Source: a virus (taxonomy: Duplodnaviria > Caudoviricetes). From it: a stretch of DNA of 24,066 bases. Shown here piece after piece: positions 23,528 through 24,066 of the stretch; position 1 is the stretch's first letter, and the number at the start of each line of letters is the position of its first letter. The DNA lies in the IMG/VR virus record IMGVR_UViG_3300011334_000212, positions 1-24,066 of that record. One strand, given 5' to 3'. A program made the translations under genes and the position numbers. A model generated the notes under the pieces. That model did no database searches. It saw only the letters and a program-made list of their open reading frames with translations, and was not told the DNA's origin.

Positions 23528-24066
23528 ATGACTTCAACTGTATTTACAAGTGGAACAGTTATTGTGTCTCCTTGGCTCAATGATATTAACGCTGCTATCT
23601 ATACGGCTATTGCAAATTCAAGTGGTAGTCCACCCACTACTACAGCACAAGTAGTAACAAACCTAAGTCAAGCAGGTGGACTAGCTACACAAGATACAGC
23701 ACAAACCTTAACTAATAAAACTTTAACAAATCCAACAGTCACTACAGGAACATTTACCAGCCCCGCATTAGTGACACCTGTGTTGGGTACAGTAGCCAGC
23801 GGCAATATCAGCGCCTGCACCAGCACTAGCATGGTCATGGTTACGCCCGTTCTAGGTGCAGCCACCGGCACTAGCTTGGCAGTAACTGGTGCAGTCACAT
23901 CATCTGGCACAGCCGGTGTTGGTTACGCAACAGGCGCTGGCGGTGCTGTAACTCAAATAACCAGCAGCACCACGGGCGTGACGCTAAACAACACAGCTGG
24001 TTCTATTACTTTGGTGAGTGCAGCCGGATCACCTACTCTTGCATCTTTCACAGTCACGAATAGCAC
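23528..24066 (+). CDS. Tail fibre protein, N-terminal part (truncated by window edge)
   Basis: ATG 23528 with SD AAGGA; MTSTVFTSGTVIVSPWLNDIN...QTLTNKTLTNP...LVTPVLG...MVTPVLG...GVGYATGAGGAVTQ; open to the end of the window. Confidence 0.8.
   Translation, partial: MTSTVFTSGTVIVSPWLNDINAAIYTAIANSSGSPPTTTAQVVTNLSQAGGLATQDTAQTLTNKTLTNPTVTTGTFTSPALVTPVLGTVASGNISACTSTSMVMVTPVLGAATGTSLAVTGAVTSSGTAGVGYATGAGGAVTQITSSTTGVTLNNTAGSITLVSAAGSPTLASFTVTNS

Noticed and set aside
102-23910. Antisense or nested ORFs (e.g. 102-449, 8032-8370, 17640-18014, 22035-22541, 23668-23910)
   Set aside because: Shadows of well-supported genes on the opposite strand or in another frame.
1-24066. CRISPR array, tRNA, integrase/att, intron or intein, stop-codon recoding
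   Set aside because: No repeat-spacer periodicity or tRNA cloverleaf with canonical arms was seen; core genes are intact and of ordinary length; TAA, TGA and TAG all serve as stops.

Overview
A 24 kb segment of a tailed dsDNA phage genome, most likely a lytic podovirus-like phage. No RNA polymerase, integrase or lysis gene is visible in this window. Two gene blocks diverge from a ~900 bp non-coding region (13026-13939). The leftward (minus) arm carries small early genes, a translationally coupled trio (unknown protein, HExxH+vWA CobT-like protein, CobS/MoxR AAA+ ATPase), then primase, DnaB-like helicase, family A DNA polymerase, probable SSB, 5'-3' exonuclease, T7 gp3-like endonuclease, MazG-like pyrophosphatase and a GC-rich block of small genes. 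The rightward (plus) arm carries TerS, TerL, portal, GroES, scaffold, head proteins, major capsid, a beta-helix virion protein and the start of a tail fibre. The most unusual material is non-coding. (i) A ~200 nt CpG-rich multibranch element at 13061-13263 is built from C-GNA-G triloop hairpins and two three-way junctions of the same design. (ii) A second structured element at 11477-11605 shares its motif skeleton and its distance to a start codon. (iii) An IHF site is followed by G-tracts, a dense palindrome array and a (TA)14 tract in front of terS, probably the genome end, pac or origin region. Core genes are strongly CpG-depleted. Several short ORFs absent from the ORF track look real. All family calls come from motif recognition by eye; no searches were run.
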